A stretch of 64,000 bases of DNA, taken from NCBI GenBank assembly GCA_001794055.1, contig MGJB01000001.1, positions 7,457-71,456 on the forward strand, written 5' to 3'. Positions 44,245-54,475 of this stretch are shown in pieces. Origin of the DNA: Candidatus Yanofskybacteria bacterium RIFCSPHIGHO2_01_FULL_41_26. GTDB lineage: Bacteria; Patescibacteriota; Minisyncoccia; 2-02-FULL-40-12; GWA2-44-9. A program made the position numbers and the translations under genes. Each line of letters starts with the position of its first letter. The first letter of the stretch is position 1. The notes beneath the pieces are model-generated. The model was given only the letters and a program-made list of their open reading frames with translations, did no database searches and was not told the origin of the DNA.

Positions 44245-45471
44245 ATGAAGCTATCTAAATTATTTACCAAAACACTTCGGGAGGCGCCAAGCGATGAGAC
44301 GGCAAAAAATGCCCGGCTTTTAATTCGGGGCGGATTTGTTTCAAAAGTTATGGCCGGCGTGTATGAATATCTGCCTTTTGGCTTGAGGGTGCTTAATAAA
44401 ATTAATAATATTATTCGTGAAGAAATGGATGTGGTTGGCGGACAAGAATTAAATATGTCTGTTTTCCAGAATAAAGAAATTTGGCAGGCAACAGGACGTT
44501 GGGATTCTGCCAAAGAGGTGATGTATCAATTTAAAGATAATTTTAATAAAGACCAGGGACTCGGTTTTACCCACGAGGAACCGATTGCTGCGACAGCTCG
44601 CCACTTTATTAGTTCGTACAAAGATCTTCCAAAGGCGGTTTATCAAATTCAGACTAAATTTAGAAATGAAGCTCGCGCTAAATCTGGCTTATTGAGAGGG
44701 CGGGAATTCCTGATGAAAGATCTTTATAGTTTTCATGCCGACCAAAATGATTTGGACGAATATTATGAGAAAGTTGCCGACGCATACTCGCGTATTTTTG
44801 AAAGGGTCGGTGTAAGCGCCGTTCGGACATTTGCTTCCGGTGGTTTGTTTTCCAAATATTCTGATGAATTTCAAGTGGTTGCGGATATCGGAGAGGATAC
44901 TATTTACGTAAATGAAAAGGAAAACAGGGCAGTTAATAAAGAAGTTTACAACGAAGATGTATTGGCCGATTTGAAGTGGAACAAGAGTAACCTTACGGAA
45001 AGATCATCGATTGAAGTTGGAAATATTTTTAAATTGGGAACAAAATTTTCTGAACCCCTCGGCCTTACATATACAGACGCCGACGGTAACTTAAGACCTG
45101 TTATTATGGCTTCATATGGTATTGGTCCGGGAAGACTGATGGGAACGGTTGTTGAAGTGTCTTGTGATGAGGAAGGAATTATCTGGCCGGAAAACATTGC
45201 GCCCTATAAGGTTCATTTGATCTCTTTGGAACAAAACAAAAAGGCGGATAAAGTTTATGACGATTTGGCAAATTCCGGCGCTGAGGTTCTATACGATGAC
45301 CGGGAAGACAAAACCGCGGGAGAAAAATTTGCCGATGCCGATCTTATCGGCTGTCCAATTAGAATTGTCGTTAGCAAAAAAACTCTTGAAAAAGAGAGCG
45401 TTGAACTCAAGCTCCGCAACGAAAAAGATTTCAAACTCGTTAAGTTGTCCGATATTTCTCAATCTTTATAG
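44245..45471 (+). CDS. proS: Prolyl-tRNA synthetase, compact form lacking the editing/insertion domain
   Basis: Conserved N-terminal block MKLSKLFTKTLREAPSDETAKNARLLIRGGFVSKVMAGVYEYLPFGLRVLNKINNIIREEM, class II motifs, and a C-terminal anticodon-binding domain. Confidence 0.8.
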   Translation: MKLSKLFTKTLREAPSDETAKNARLLIRGGFVSKVMAGVYEYLPFGLRVLNKINNIIREEMDVVGGQELNMSVFQNKEIWQATGRWDSAKEVMYQFKDNFNKDQGLGFTHEEPIAATARHFISSYKDLPKAVYQIQTKFRNEARAKSGLLRGREFLMKDLYSFHADQNDLDEYYEKVADAYSRIFERVGVSAVRTFASGGLFSKYSDEFQVVADIGEDTIYVNEKENRAVNKEVYNEDVLADLKWNKSNLTERSSIEVGNIFKLGTKFSEPLGLTYTDADGNLRPVIMASYGIGPGRLMGTVVEVSCDEEGIIWPENIAPYKVHLISLEQNKKADKVYDDLANSGAEVLYDDREDKTAGEKFADADLIGCPIRIVVSKKTLEKESVELKLRNEKDFKLVKLSDISQSL

Positions 45472-45547
45472 AGCTCATGCCTCCTTAAGATTTCTACTAC
45501 GATTTTTGTTTTTGATTGTTTATATTAATTCTGATATGTTTTAACCA

Positions 45548-46600
45548 ATGTTCAACAAGCTGTTTGGTTTTTGGTCAAAAGACATTGGAATTGATCTGGG
45601 TACGGCAAATACCCTGGTTTATGTTCGAGGAAAAGGAATTGTAATCAATGAACCGTCAATTGTGGCAGTGAACCAAAAAACCGGCAAAATACTTGCTATT
45701 GGCAAAGAAGCCAGAACAATGGTTGGCCGGACGCCGGGATATATTACAGTTTCTCGACCCTTGATCAATGGGGTTGTTTCCGACTTTGAAGTGACTGAAC
45801 AGATGCTCAAGTATTTTATAGATAAAGTTCATCGAGAGGGTTTTGTTTTATTGCCTCGGCCAAGAGTGGTTGTGGGAATTCCTTCGGGAGTGACGGAAGT
45901 GGAAAAAAGGGCCGTTGAAGATGCTACTTACAACGCCGGCGCGAGAGAAGTTTATCTTATTGAAGAGCCGATGGCAGCAGCTATTGGAGCTCGTCTGCCT
46001 GTTCACGAAGCGGTAGCCAATGTGATAGTTGACATGGGTGGCGGCACGACCGAGGTAGCCGTCATTTCTATGGGCGGTGTTATAGCTTCCCGTTCTTTGC
46101 GGGTTGCCGGAGACAAGCTCAATGAAGACATTGTTAGATATTTACGAGAAGAAAGAAATCTTTTGGTTGGAGAATCTACGGCAGAAAACTTGAAATTAAC
46201 ATTGGGTTCGGCTCATCCTTCTGAAAAAGATGAGGAAGACGGCTTTGTGAGGGGCAGAGATTTGGTCTCTGGCTTACCTAAAGAAATATCTATAACCTCG
46301 GAAGAGGTTAGGGAAGCGATGCAGCGTTCCGTAAAAAGTATTGTTCTCGCCGTTAAAAATACGATCGAGGAAACCCCTCCTGAATTAACAGCTGACTTGA
46401 TAAATAGATTTATATTTCTTGCCGGAGGCGGGGCACTTTTGAAGGGTTTGGATAAAATAATAGCTCATGAAACGAAGTTGTTTGTAAAAATAGTGGATGA
46501 TCCCTTAACCGCTGTTGCGAGGGGTTGCGGTTTTGTGCTTGAAAATGTCGACCAACTAAAAAATGTTCTGGTTGCCACCCAAAAAGACGACTATTTTTAA
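45548..46600 (+). CDS. mreB: Rod shape-determining protein MreB
   Basis: Actin-fold motifs DLGTANT, VVGIPSG and DMGGGTTEVA. Confidence 0.95.
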   Translation: MFNKLFGFWSKDIGIDLGTANTLVYVRGKGIVINEPSIVAVNQKTGKILAIGKEARTMVGRTPGYITVSRPLINGVVSDFEVTEQMLKYFIDKVHREGFVLLPRPRVVVGIPSGVTEVEKRAVEDATYNAGAREVYLIEEPMAAAIGARLPVHEAVANVIVDMGGGTTEVAVISMGGVIASRSLRVAGDKLNEDIVRYLREERNLLVGESTAENLKLTLGSAHPSEKDEEDGFVRGRDLVSGLPKEISITSEEVREAMQRSVKSIVLAVKNTIEETPPELTADLINRFIFLAGGGALLKGLDKIIAHETKLFVKIVDDPLTAVARGCGFVLENVDQLKNVLVATQKDDYF

Positions 46601-46603
46601 TTA

Positions 46604-47395
46604 ATGAAAAAGTCACCGATAAAATCCGGTGCTATTTTATTGATAGCTGTTATTGGTGCTATTTTTTTTAACAAACATATCATTAAAGATGGATTTATTT
46701 TTTATCCGAAAACTTTAATAAACATGGGTAGTTATCTGTTTATCAAAGCGGAAAATTTTGGTGGATTGGTAGGAAAAATAAAAAATTTCAACCGTCTTGC
46801 GGATGAGAATGACAGATTAAAAGAAGACGAAGAATTAATCGTTAATTTACGAGCGAAAATAGACAATTTAGAAGAGGAAAATGAGTTTTTAAGACAAGCG
46901 GCCCGAATCACCCGGAAATTAAAGTATCCAGTTGTTTATGGGGGTATTTTCAATTTTAATCTGGCTCCAACTGGATATAATGTCCTTCTTAATAAAGGAT
47001 CTCAAGATGGCATTTCTGAAGGAGATATTATAGTGACGACCGAAGGAGTTTTGGTGGGAAAAATACAGATAGTCATGAAAAATTTTTCGAGAGTCCTTTT
47101 TGTGTCCGATCCCGAATTTAAAATTACATCCAAAGTATTGAATTCAAAAACGGTCGGTATTGCCAGGGGTTCCTTAAATGAAGGCATGTATCTTGATTTT
47201 ATTGTTCAAAGCGATGAAATACAAGAGAAAGACATAATAATATCAACTGGTAATGATTTTTTCCCTCCGGCACTGATTATTGGTTTCGTGGACCACATTG
47301 AAGATAATTCGAACCAGATGTTTAAGAAGATACGCATCCGACCTGCTGTTAAAGATGTAAAATTAGGCAAGGTGTTGATTTTACAAATTAAATAA
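46604..47395 (+). CDS. mreC: Rod shape-determining protein MreC
   Basis: N-terminal TM, coiled coil, then a beta-rich domain. Position after mreB. Confidence 0.7.
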   Translation: MKKSPIKSGAILLIAVIGAIFFNKHIIKDGFIFYPKTLINMGSYLFIKAENFGGLVGKIKNFNRLADENDRLKEDEELIVNLRAKIDNLEEENEFLRQAARITRKLKYPVVYGGIFNFNLAPTGYNVLLNKGSQDGISEGDIIVTTEGVLVGKIQIVMKNFSRVLFVSDPEFKITSKVLNSKTVGIARGSLNEGMYLDFIVQSDEIQEKDIIISTGNDFFPPALIIGFVDHIEDNSNQMFKKIRIRPAVKDVKLGKVLILQIK

Positions 47396-47398
47396 AAA

Positions 47399-47761
47399 AT
47401 GAAAATTTGGTTGATCATTGTTTTATTTTTGGTGGTCATGTTTTTTGATGGCGCAATCTTTCCAGGACTTTTTGGTTTTAGAGAGAGTTTTTTGACGGTA
47501 ATGTTTATTGTAATCATGATTTTGCAACGCAAAGTCGATTTTCAGGGCCTGATTCTGGGCGTGGTATTTTCCGGAACAGCGGAGTTTTATTGGGGGTTAA
47601 GGTTCGGGATATTGATATCGTCTTTGTTGGTATCGACAGGAGTATTCTTTTTATTAAATACCTTTTTTAATATCAGAAGCAAGGCCTCCGTCATTATTAC
47701 GGGGGTAATAATGTTTATTATTTTTTGGGAGGCCTCAATTCTGGTAAGTAAGATAATTTAA
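47399..47761 (+). CDS. mreD: MreD-like small polytopic membrane protein
   Basis: 120-aa 4-TM protein between mreC and pbp2. Confidence 0.5.
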   Translation: MKIWLIIVLFLVVMFFDGAIFPGLFGFRESFLTVMFIVIMILQRKVDFQGLILGVVFSGTAEFYWGLRFGILISSLLVSTGVFFLLNTFFNIRSKASVIITGVIMFIIFWEASILVSKII

Positions 47762-47762
47762 A

Positions 47763-49688
47763 ATGTTTAAAGACTACAGAGTATCCGTAAATGAAGATTG
47801 GGTTTCTCCGGAAGAGACACTTTTAGATTCGGGCAGCGAATATTCTGATATTGAAACGCCAATTTCGGCCGATGTTTTTAGGTTTACTTTTATGGTTGCT
47901 TTGATTTTGCTTGCTGTAGCCATGACCTTTACTTTTAAAATAGGAATTGCTGATCACGATTCTTATGCAGATCTTGCCTTACAAAATAAGTCTGTTAATT
48001 TCCCCATTCCACCGCCCAGGGGAGTTATAATGGATCGGTTTGGAAAACAGTTGGTCAAAAATTTACCAAGTTTTGACTTGCTTGTTTTCTCAAGAGAGGT
48101 TAAAGCGAATCCATCAGATGTCAATAGAGACAAGGTAGCCGAAGTTTTAAAGATTAAACCAGAAGAGTTTAGAATTTTTATTTCTGAAGGGATTAGGGCA
48201 AATTCTAATTTTTTTGCAGCAACCAATCTAAACAAAGATCAGGTTCTGGCTATCAAATACCTTGATCCTGATGGTTACTATGTGGTTCCAAATGTCAAGC
48301 GATATTATGTAAGCGGACAGGAGTTTTCACAGATCATTGGTTATATCGGAAAAGTTAATCAGGATGATTTTAAAGATGAGTATTATTATTCCACCGATAT
48401 GATAGGCCGCTTGGGGGCAGAAGCTTGGTATGAAGAGGTTTTGAGAGGAGATCATGGTAGGATTTTTTTCAGTTCCAACGGTAAAACTATCGAGGATCCT
48501 CAATTTGGGAAAGATCAGAAAAATGATTTAAACACAGATCCGGTTCAAGGAAAGAATCTGGTTTTGAATATTGACCATGATTTACAGAAGAAGTTGTATA
48601 ATGAACTTCGTGAAATTTTGGTTTCAGCAGGCTTGTCTCGTGGCGCGGCGATAATTCAAAATCCTCAAAACGGCGCCGTTTTGGCGATGGTTAGTTTTCC
48701 ATCTTTTGACAATAATCTTTTTGTGAAAGGTCTATCTGACAGTCAGTTCAAAAATCTTTTTGAAAGCAAAACCAAGCCTCTGTTCAACAGGGTTATCGGC
48801 GGATTGTATAATCCAGGTTCAACTATCAAGCCGTTTATAGGAATGACTGCTCTTCAGGAAGGGATAGTTACTCCACAGGACACAATCAAGGACTGCATAA
48901 GTTTGACCGTCCCTAATCCTTTTGATAAAAATTCTCCCTATATTTTCAAAAACTGGAGACAGGATTATGGCCTTTTCAATTTAAAAAAGTCTATTGCCCA
49001 ATCGTGCAATATTTTCTTCTTTACCGTAGGAGGAGGTCCGCCGGCTGACGGAGGCAACATTCTCGGCCTTGGTGCTGAAAAAATAGATAAATATCTAATG
49101 GCTGTAATGGCCAACTCAAAATTGGGGATAGATATTCCCGGAGAGGAGAGCGGTTTTGTCCCCACCCCTGACTGGAAGCTCAAAACAAGAGGCGAGAATT
49201 GGTATCAGGGAGACACCTACAACATATCTATCGGCCAAGGGGATCTTTTAGTGACTCCTTTGTGGCTCAATTCTTACATTTCGGCCATAGCCAACGGAGG
49301 AACTATTTATAAGCCGATGATTGCCCAAAAGGTTGTTGATGAAAACAATAACGATATGGAAATATTCAAACAGCAGGCGCTGGCGAAACTGCCTTTCGAA
49401 GATAATATTATACAGGAAATGAAAAGCTATATGGAAGAAACTGTAATTTCTGGAACGGCCGGAATATTGAAAGATTTGCCGGTTAAAGCCGGAGCAAAAA
49501 CTGGTACGGCCGAAGTGGTAAAGGGCAAAAGTATTAATTCTTTGTTTACCGCGTTTGCTCCTTTTGATAACCCCGAACTCAATATTACGGTTCTTATAGA
49601 AGGTTCGGTGTCAAACCAAGGTTTGGCCATACGCGCCGCCCATAATGTGTTAAAATGGTATTTTGGGGAGTATCAACAGAAGCCTTGA
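47763..49688 (+). CDS. mrdA: Penicillin-binding protein 2 (class B transpeptidase)
   Basis: N-terminal TM, dimerisation domain, and transpeptidase motifs STIKP, SxN-like and KTGT(A). Confidence 0.85.
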   Translation: MFKDYRVSVNEDWVSPEETLLDSGSEYSDIETPISADVFRFTFMVALILLAVAMTFTFKIGIADHDSYADLALQNKSVNFPIPPPRGVIMDRFGKQLVKNLPSFDLLVFSREVKANPSDVNRDKVAEVLKIKPEEFRIFISEGIRANSNFFAATNLNKDQVLAIKYLDPDGYYVVPNVKRYYVSGQEFSQIIGYIGKVNQDDFKDEYYYSTDMIGRLGAEAWYEEVLRGDHGRIFFSSNGKTIEDPQFGKDQKNDLNTDPVQGKNLVLNIDHDLQKKLYNELREILVSAGLSRGAAIIQNPQNGAVLAMVSFPSFDNNLFVKGLSDSQFKNLFESKTKPLFNRVIGGLYNPGSTIKPFIGMTALQEGIVTPQDTIKDCISLTVPNPFDKNSPYIFKNWRQDYGLFNLKKSIAQSCNIFFFTVGGGPPADGGNILGLGAEKIDKYLMAVMANSKLGIDIPGEESGFVPTPDWKLKTRGENWYQGDTYNISIGQGDLLVTPLWLNSYISAIANGGTIYKPMIAQKVVDENNNDMEIFKQQALAKLPFEDNIIQEMKSYMEETVISGTAGILKDLPVKAGAKTGTAEVVKGKSINSLFTAFAPFDNPELNITVLIEGSVSNQGLAIRAAHNVLKWYFGEYQQKP

Positions 49689-49739
49689 ATTAAATCGTAA
49701 GTTGTAGTATACTTTTCTAATTAAATTTTAATTAAAGCT

Positions 49740-50198
49740 ATGGATAATCAATATTTTAGTAAAGAAGGATTAGAAAAATTAAAAAAAGAACTGGAAGAAC
49801 GACTTAATGTTTTGCGTCCGGAAATAGCCCAGCGCATCAAAGAAGCCAAGGAATTGGGCGATCTGTCCGAAAACGCGGAATATGATTCGGCAAAAGAAGC
49901 TCAAGCGTTGAATGAAGGCAGAATGGAAGACATAAGAAACACTCTTGAAAATGCTGTAATTATAACCGGAAATAACACTAGCGGAACTATTGGTGTTGGC
50001 TCAAGTATTAAAGTAGAGTCTAACACCGGAGTTCGCTCTTTCGTAATTGTCGGCGCCGCTGAATCCGATCCGGCCAAAGGGTTTATTTCAAATGAATCTC
50101 CGTTAGGTCAGGCATTTCTAGGACACAAAAAAGGGGACAAAGTTGAAGCAAGAACCCCGAAAGGAATAGTTGAATATAAAATAGTCGAGGTGAATTAG
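49740..50198 (+). CDS. greA: Transcription elongation factor GreA
   Basis: Coiled-coil N-domain with the acidic tip motif LSENAEYD plus a C-terminal FKBP-like domain. Confidence 0.9.
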   Translation: MDNQYFSKEGLEKLKKELEERLNVLRPEIAQRIKEAKELGDLSENAEYDSAKEAQALNEGRMEDIRNTLENAVIITGNNTSGTIGVGSSIKVESNTGVRSFVIVGAAESDPAKGFISNESPLGQAFLGHKKGDKVEARTPKGIVEYKIVEVN

Positions 50199-50199
50199 T

Positions 50200-50303
50200 C
50201 GCGAACGCCTCATCCCAAATCAGACCGCATAAAACCCTGTTGGGTTTTTGCTCTCTCTCGACTACCCACCTGCGAACGTTCTTCTTTGGAATAAAGCGTT
50301 CGC
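50200..50303 (-). repeat. Repeat family A copy 4 (minus orientation), outer stem gcgaacgcctcatccca / tggaataaagcgttcgc
   Basis: Reverse complement of the A core. Inverted relative to the copy at 51114, bracketing cassette P2. Confidence 0.75.
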
Positions 50304-50373
50304 TATGATATAAATTAATAAGCATGAAAAATAGGCCCCGTTGCGGGGCCTTTTGGCGTCTCTTTTCGTTTGC

Positions 50374-50412
50374 CTGTGGATAACCGACTTGCGAAGTCGG
50401 TTATCCACAGCT
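50374..50412. repeat. Second copy of the DnaA-box-like hairpin (cTGTGGATAAccgacttgcgaagtcggTTATCCACAg)
   Basis: Same stems as 26499-26537 with the 7-nt loop inverted, implying insertion in the opposite orientation. Confidence 0.65.
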
Positions 50413-50429
50413 GGTTCGTTGACGTTGGC

Positions 50430-50894
50430 CTAGAGGGTCAGGCCGGGGCCGTGGAACTCCATCATCAGCGGGAGGTCCCGTCGGACGATGTCCAGCTTCG
50501 CCTTGGCGTCGATGAAGTGCTCTTCGGCTGTGGTGACCTCGACCATGATGATCTCAATCATCGCTTTGATCATTGCTTTGGCCGCGTCGACTCCGAGGGT
50601 TTCGACCGCATCATGCGGTTCGACACCTTCGATGACCTCGAGCTTCTTCTTGAGGCCGTCGAGCGCCGCCTCGGCACTGGCGAGCTTGCTCTTGGCCTCG
50701 GCGAGCTCTTGCTCGTACCGTTCGTTGAGCGGGATGGCCCGCTCGTCGATGTTCAGGCCGATCAGGGCGCCGCCCTGACGGTGGAGGTGGCGGGTGTGGG
50801 AGCGCTTGTTGCTCCCCTCGCCGATCGTCACCGTGATCTGCTTGCCACCCTTGCTGTTCTCTCTGGTCGATGTGACCGTGTATTTCAGTGCCAT
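50430..50894 (-). CDS. G+C-rich hypothetical protein (cassette P2)
   Basis: Minus-strand RBS gaaggagacagccacATG. High-GC codon usage. The opposite-strand ORFs here are composition artefacts. Confidence 0.5.
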   Translation of the reverse strand: MALKYTVTSTRENSKGGKQITVTIGEGSNKRSHTRHLHRQGGALIGLNIDERAIPLNERYEQELAEAKSKLASAEAALDGLKKKLEVIEGVEPHDAVETLGVDAAKAMIKAMIEIIMVEVTTAEEHFIDAKAKLDIVRRDLPLMMEFHGPGLTL

Positions 50895-50946
50895 GTGGCT
50901 GTCTCCTTCGTCCCCCGCGTTTAGCGGGGTTTACGGACTGACCGGA

Positions 50947-50997
50947 TTGTCAGTGAACGTAATTTACATTATAGCATACTTTTGACCACTTTGTCAA
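50947..50997 (-). promoter_or_regulatory. Near-consensus sigma70 promoter (minus strand) TTGACA-18-TATAAT for cassette P2
   Basis: Minus strand reads ttgacaaagtggtcaaaagtatgctataatgtaaattacg. Closely related to the promoter at 62281-62310. Confidence 0.6.
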
Positions 50998-51008
50998 CCC
51001 AAATAAAA

Positions 51009-51062
51009 ATCGGCCTTTTGTGCCAATTTCAACGATTCACACCTGTGAGCCGTTGATTTTAT
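51009..51062 (+). repeat. Repeat family G copy 2
   Basis: aatcggccttttgtgccaatttcaacgattcacacctgtgagccgttgatttt. Confidence 0.55.
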
Positions 51063-51113
51063 TATTTAGTTTGAACATATATTTCCAATCACCATTTAAT
51101 ATCGACTCAACTA

Positions 51114-51236
51114 GCGGAGGGAGACACCTTTATCCCAAAGAAGAACGTTCGGAGGCTACCCCGGGCCGAGATAGAGCAAAAATTCAGTAGAATTTTATGC
51201 GGTCTTCGTGGGATGAAGGCGTCTCCCTCCGTATGC
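51114..51236 (+). repeat. Repeat family A copy 5 with 22-bp outer stem ggagggagacacctttatccca / tgggatgaaggcgtctccctcc
   Basis: Core variant aaaattcagtagaatttt. Precedes lysS. Confidence 0.75.
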
Positions 51237-51298
51237 GTGGAGGTTGTGTCAACTATTCAGAAAGTGGATTTTTTATTTATTTTTGCTATCATTTATCT

Positions 51299-52753
51299 AT
51301 GGCTTTAGATGAAATACGTAGTATAAAAATTAAAAAAGTTGAAGAATTAAGGAAGTCCGGTATTGATCCCTATCCGGCTATTTCAAGCCGGACTAATTAT
51401 ATTAAAGAAGCTATTGAGAATTACGATGAATGGAAGGAGCGAAAAGAAATTACTTTAGCCGGAAGAATAATGGCAAGGCGCGAACATGGAGGTTCTGTTT
51501 TTTTTGATATCAATGATGGCTCTGGAAAAATCCAGTGTTTCATAAAAGAAGATGTTGTCGGCAGTGATAAATTTAAACAATTCAGTGAGCTTATAGATAT
51601 TGGGGACTTTATTGAGGCAAAAGGAACTTTGTTTAAAACAAAACAGGAAGAAAAAACCCTACTCACTACTCACTACTTACTACTCACTAAGGCTCTCCTG
51701 CCTTTGCCGGAAAAATGGCATGGTTTACAGGATGTTGAAGAAAGACTAAGAAAAAGATATCTGGATTTTATTTTTAATCCCGAATTAAGAGAAGTTGTTG
51801 AAAAGAAAGCTTTATTTTGGAATGCGGTCAGAGAGTTTCATGTTGAAAGAGGTTTTTTAGAAGTTGAAACCCCGGTTTTAGAAACTACTGTAGGTGGAGC
51901 AGACGCGACGCCTTTTAAGACTCATCACAACGCATTGGATATTGATGTGTACCTACGTATTTCAGCAGGCGAGCTTTGGCAAAAAAGACTAATGGTTGCC
52001 GGTTTTAATAAAACTTTTGAAATAGGAAGAATTTTTCGCAACGAGGGCATGTCTACTGAGCATTTGCAGGACTATACTCAATGCGAAGCTTACTGGGCCT
52101 ATGCAAACTATAAAGATATGTATAAATTTTTGCAGGACTGTTATCGTTACGCTGCTGAAAAAACATTTGGAACACTTAAGTTTAAAATAAACAATTTTAA
52201 CATTGATCTTGGAAGCCAATGGCCTCTAATTGATTACTCAGAAGAAGTTAAAAAACAAACAGGAATTAATATTTGGGAAGCGAGTGATAAGGAAATAAAG
52301 AAGAAATTGGAAGAACTTAAGGTTGAATATAATAAAGCTGAAAATAGGGCACGTTTAATTGATTCTCTGTGGAAGTATTGCCGGAAAAATATCGGCGGGC
52401 CGGCCATTTTGATTAATGAGCCCAAAATAGTTTCACCTTTATCAAAAACAACTCCGGAAAATCCAAACACCACAGAACGCTTTCATTTTATTATTGCCGG
52501 TTCAGAAGTAGGTCAAGGATATAGCGAACTTAATGACCCGATAGATCAAAGAGAACGCTTTGAAACTCAAGAAAAAATGAGAGAAGCAGGAGATGCAGAA
52601 GCTCAGCCTATGGACAAGGACTTTGTTGAGGCGTTGGAATACGGCATGCCTCCTACAGCCGGCCACGGTTTTAGCGAGAGATTGTTCAGTTTCTTGATGG
52701 GCAAGCCAATCAGAGAAACTCAAATTTTCCCCTTAATGAAACCTAGGGACTAA
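51299..52753 (+). CDS. lysS: Lysyl-tRNA synthetase, class II
   Basis: N-terminal OB anticodon-binding domain plus class II motifs. Strong collinearity with bacterial LysS. Confidence 0.95.
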   Translation: MALDEIRSIKIKKVEELRKSGIDPYPAISSRTNYIKEAIENYDEWKERKEITLAGRIMARREHGGSVFFDINDGSGKIQCFIKEDVVGSDKFKQFSELIDIGDFIEAKGTLFKTKQEEKTLLTTHYLLLTKALLPLPEKWHGLQDVEERLRKRYLDFIFNPELREVVEKKALFWNAVREFHVERGFLEVETPVLETTVGGADATPFKTHHNALDIDVYLRISAGELWQKRLMVAGFNKTFEIGRIFRNEGMSTEHLQDYTQCEAYWAYANYKDMYKFLQDCYRYAAEKTFGTLKFKINNFNIDLGSQWPLIDYSEEVKKQTGINIWEASDKEIKKKLEELKVEYNKAENRARLIDSLWKYCRKNIGGPAILINEPKIVSPLSKTTPENPNTTERFHFIIAGSEVGQGYSELNDPIDQRERFETQEKMREAGDAEAQPMDKDFVEALEYGMPPTAGHGFSERLFSFLMGKPIRETQIFPLMKPRD

Positions 52754-52755
52754 AC

Positions 52756-54042
52756 ATGTTAGACATAAAATTTATCAGAAATAATATAGACAAAATCAGG
52801 GAAGCCATCAAAAACAAGAAGGCCAATTTGGACTTGGACAAACTATTGGCTGCCGATGAGAGGCGCCGGCACTTGCTGAGTGAGTCAGAGATTTTGAAAG
52901 CGGAACAGAACAAACGTTCCAAGGGGCCACAATCACCGGTTGACTTGGAAGAGTTAAAAGCTTTAAAAGAAAAAATCAAATTGATAGAAAATGAATTGAA
53001 ATCTGTTGAGGAAGAATATGAACGATTGATGATGGTAGTTCCGAATATACCCACTGACGATACGCCGATAGGAAAAGATGAATCTGCGAATAAGGTTTTA
53101 AGAAAATGGGGAAAGGTAAGAAAATTTGATTTTAAACCGAAGGAGCATTGGGAGATTGGTGAGGCATTGGACTTGATCGATAACGAAAGAGCATCAAAAG
53201 TTTCAGGAGCAAGATTTACCTATTTAAAAAGAGGATTGGCTTTAATGCAATTTACTTTAATTCAATATGCCATGTCTGTCTTTGTGGATGAGAAGCTTAT
53301 CAAAAAAATAATTAAAAATAATAACTTAGATTTAAAAACTAATCCATTTATACCTGTTATACCACCGGTATTAATAAGACCTGATTCTATGCAGAAAATG
53401 GCTCGTTTGGAACCGAAAGAAGAAAGATATTATATGCCGGCTGATGATATATATCTTGTTGGCAGTGCTGAACATACTCTTGGAGCTATGCATATGGATG
53501 AAACATTTAACGAGAAAGATTTGCCCATTAGATATATCGGCTACTCTACTGCTTTCAGAAGAGAAGCCGGTTCTTACGGCAAAGACATGAAAGGCATACT
53601 AAGAGTTCACCAGTTTGATAAGTTAGAAATGGAATCATTTTGTTTGCCGGAAGATTCAATTAAAGAACAGGATTTATTTGTGGGCATGCAGGAATACTTA
53701 GTTCAGTCGCTGAATATACCTTATCAGGTGGTGGCGATATGCACTGGAGACATGGGTGGACCCGATGCCAGACAGATAGATTTGGAAATGTGGATGCCCG
53801 GTCAGGATAGATACAGAGAGACGCATACAGCTGATTTAATGACGGATTATCAAGCGAGGCGACTTGGAACTAAAGTAAAAAGAGCCGGAGGTTCGGAGTT
53901 TGTGCATATGAATGATGCCACCGCTTTAGCTATTGGCAGAACCCTTATTGCCATTATGGAAAACTATCAAACTAAAAAAGGAACCATTGAAGTTCCCAAG
54001 GTTCTTCGCAAGTTTATGGGCGGAATTAAAGAGATAAAATAG
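52756..54042 (+). CDS. serS: Seryl-tRNA synthetase
   Basis: N-terminal coiled-coil arm and class II catalytic core (FRRE, GSA motifs). Confidence 0.95.
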   Translation: MLDIKFIRNNIDKIREAIKNKKANLDLDKLLAADERRRHLLSESEILKAEQNKRSKGPQSPVDLEELKALKEKIKLIENELKSVEEEYERLMMVVPNIPTDDTPIGKDESANKVLRKWGKVRKFDFKPKEHWEIGEALDLIDNERASKVSGARFTYLKRGLALMQFTLIQYAMSVFVDEKLIKKIIKNNNLDLKTNPFIPVIPPVLIRPDSMQKMARLEPKEERYYMPADDIYLVGSAEHTLGAMHMDETFNEKDLPIRYIGYSTAFRREAGSYGKDMKGILRVHQFDKLEMESFCLPEDSIKEQDLFVGMQEYLVQSLNIPYQVVAICTGDMGGPDARQIDLEMWMPGQDRYRETHTADLMTDYQARRLGTKVKRAGGSEFVHMNDATALAIGRTLIAIMENYQTKKGTIEVPKVLRKFMGGIKEIK

Positions 54043-54133
54043 ATACTTATCACCTAAGTTACAGTTGCTTTTTAGGAGGTTTTGTGGTATTATATAGATA
54101 CTCCGTTCCTTTCCATTCCTTTTCTTTCATTTC

Positions 54134-54475
54134 ATGCAGAAAAATATAGCAGATTGGTCGGATCACGAAGCAAATGATCAATACAAGAAAAACTATATTA
54201 TGGGTTTGTGGAAATTTAGCGACAAAGTTTCTTTAGAGCAATTGGTGGAAGTTGCTAAAAAGGCCATAGAAAACCCAAAGTATCTTCAGGTATATATTAG
54301 GCAATGTTCAAAAGATCAGTATGGCATAGGATTTACCTATGACAATTCTGATAAGGTACCGGCAGCCGGTCAGAATAAAGAATACATGGATCCGGTTATG
54401 GATGCATTAAAAAGACAGTTCGGGAACGATCTGGTTGGGTGGGATATTTCTTCACCTGTCTGGATTATTAAATAA
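54134..54475 (+). CDS. Hypothetical protein
   Basis: 113-aa ORF followed by hairpin terminators (54485-54540). Confidence 0.4.
   Translation: MQKNIADWSDHEANDQYKKNYIMGLWKFSDKVSLEQLVEVAKKAIENPKYLQVYIRQCSKDQYGIGFTYDNSDKVPAAGQNKEYMDPVMDALKRQFGNDLVGWDISSPVWIIK

Noticed and set aside
45257-45544. ORF overlapping the 3' end of proS, and other short ORFs antisense to uvrB, lon, lysS, pbp2 (for example 6136-6466, 7175-7519, 20698-21390, 51989-52723)
   Set aside because: Embedded in or antisense to strongly supported conserved genes. No RBS or independent signals.
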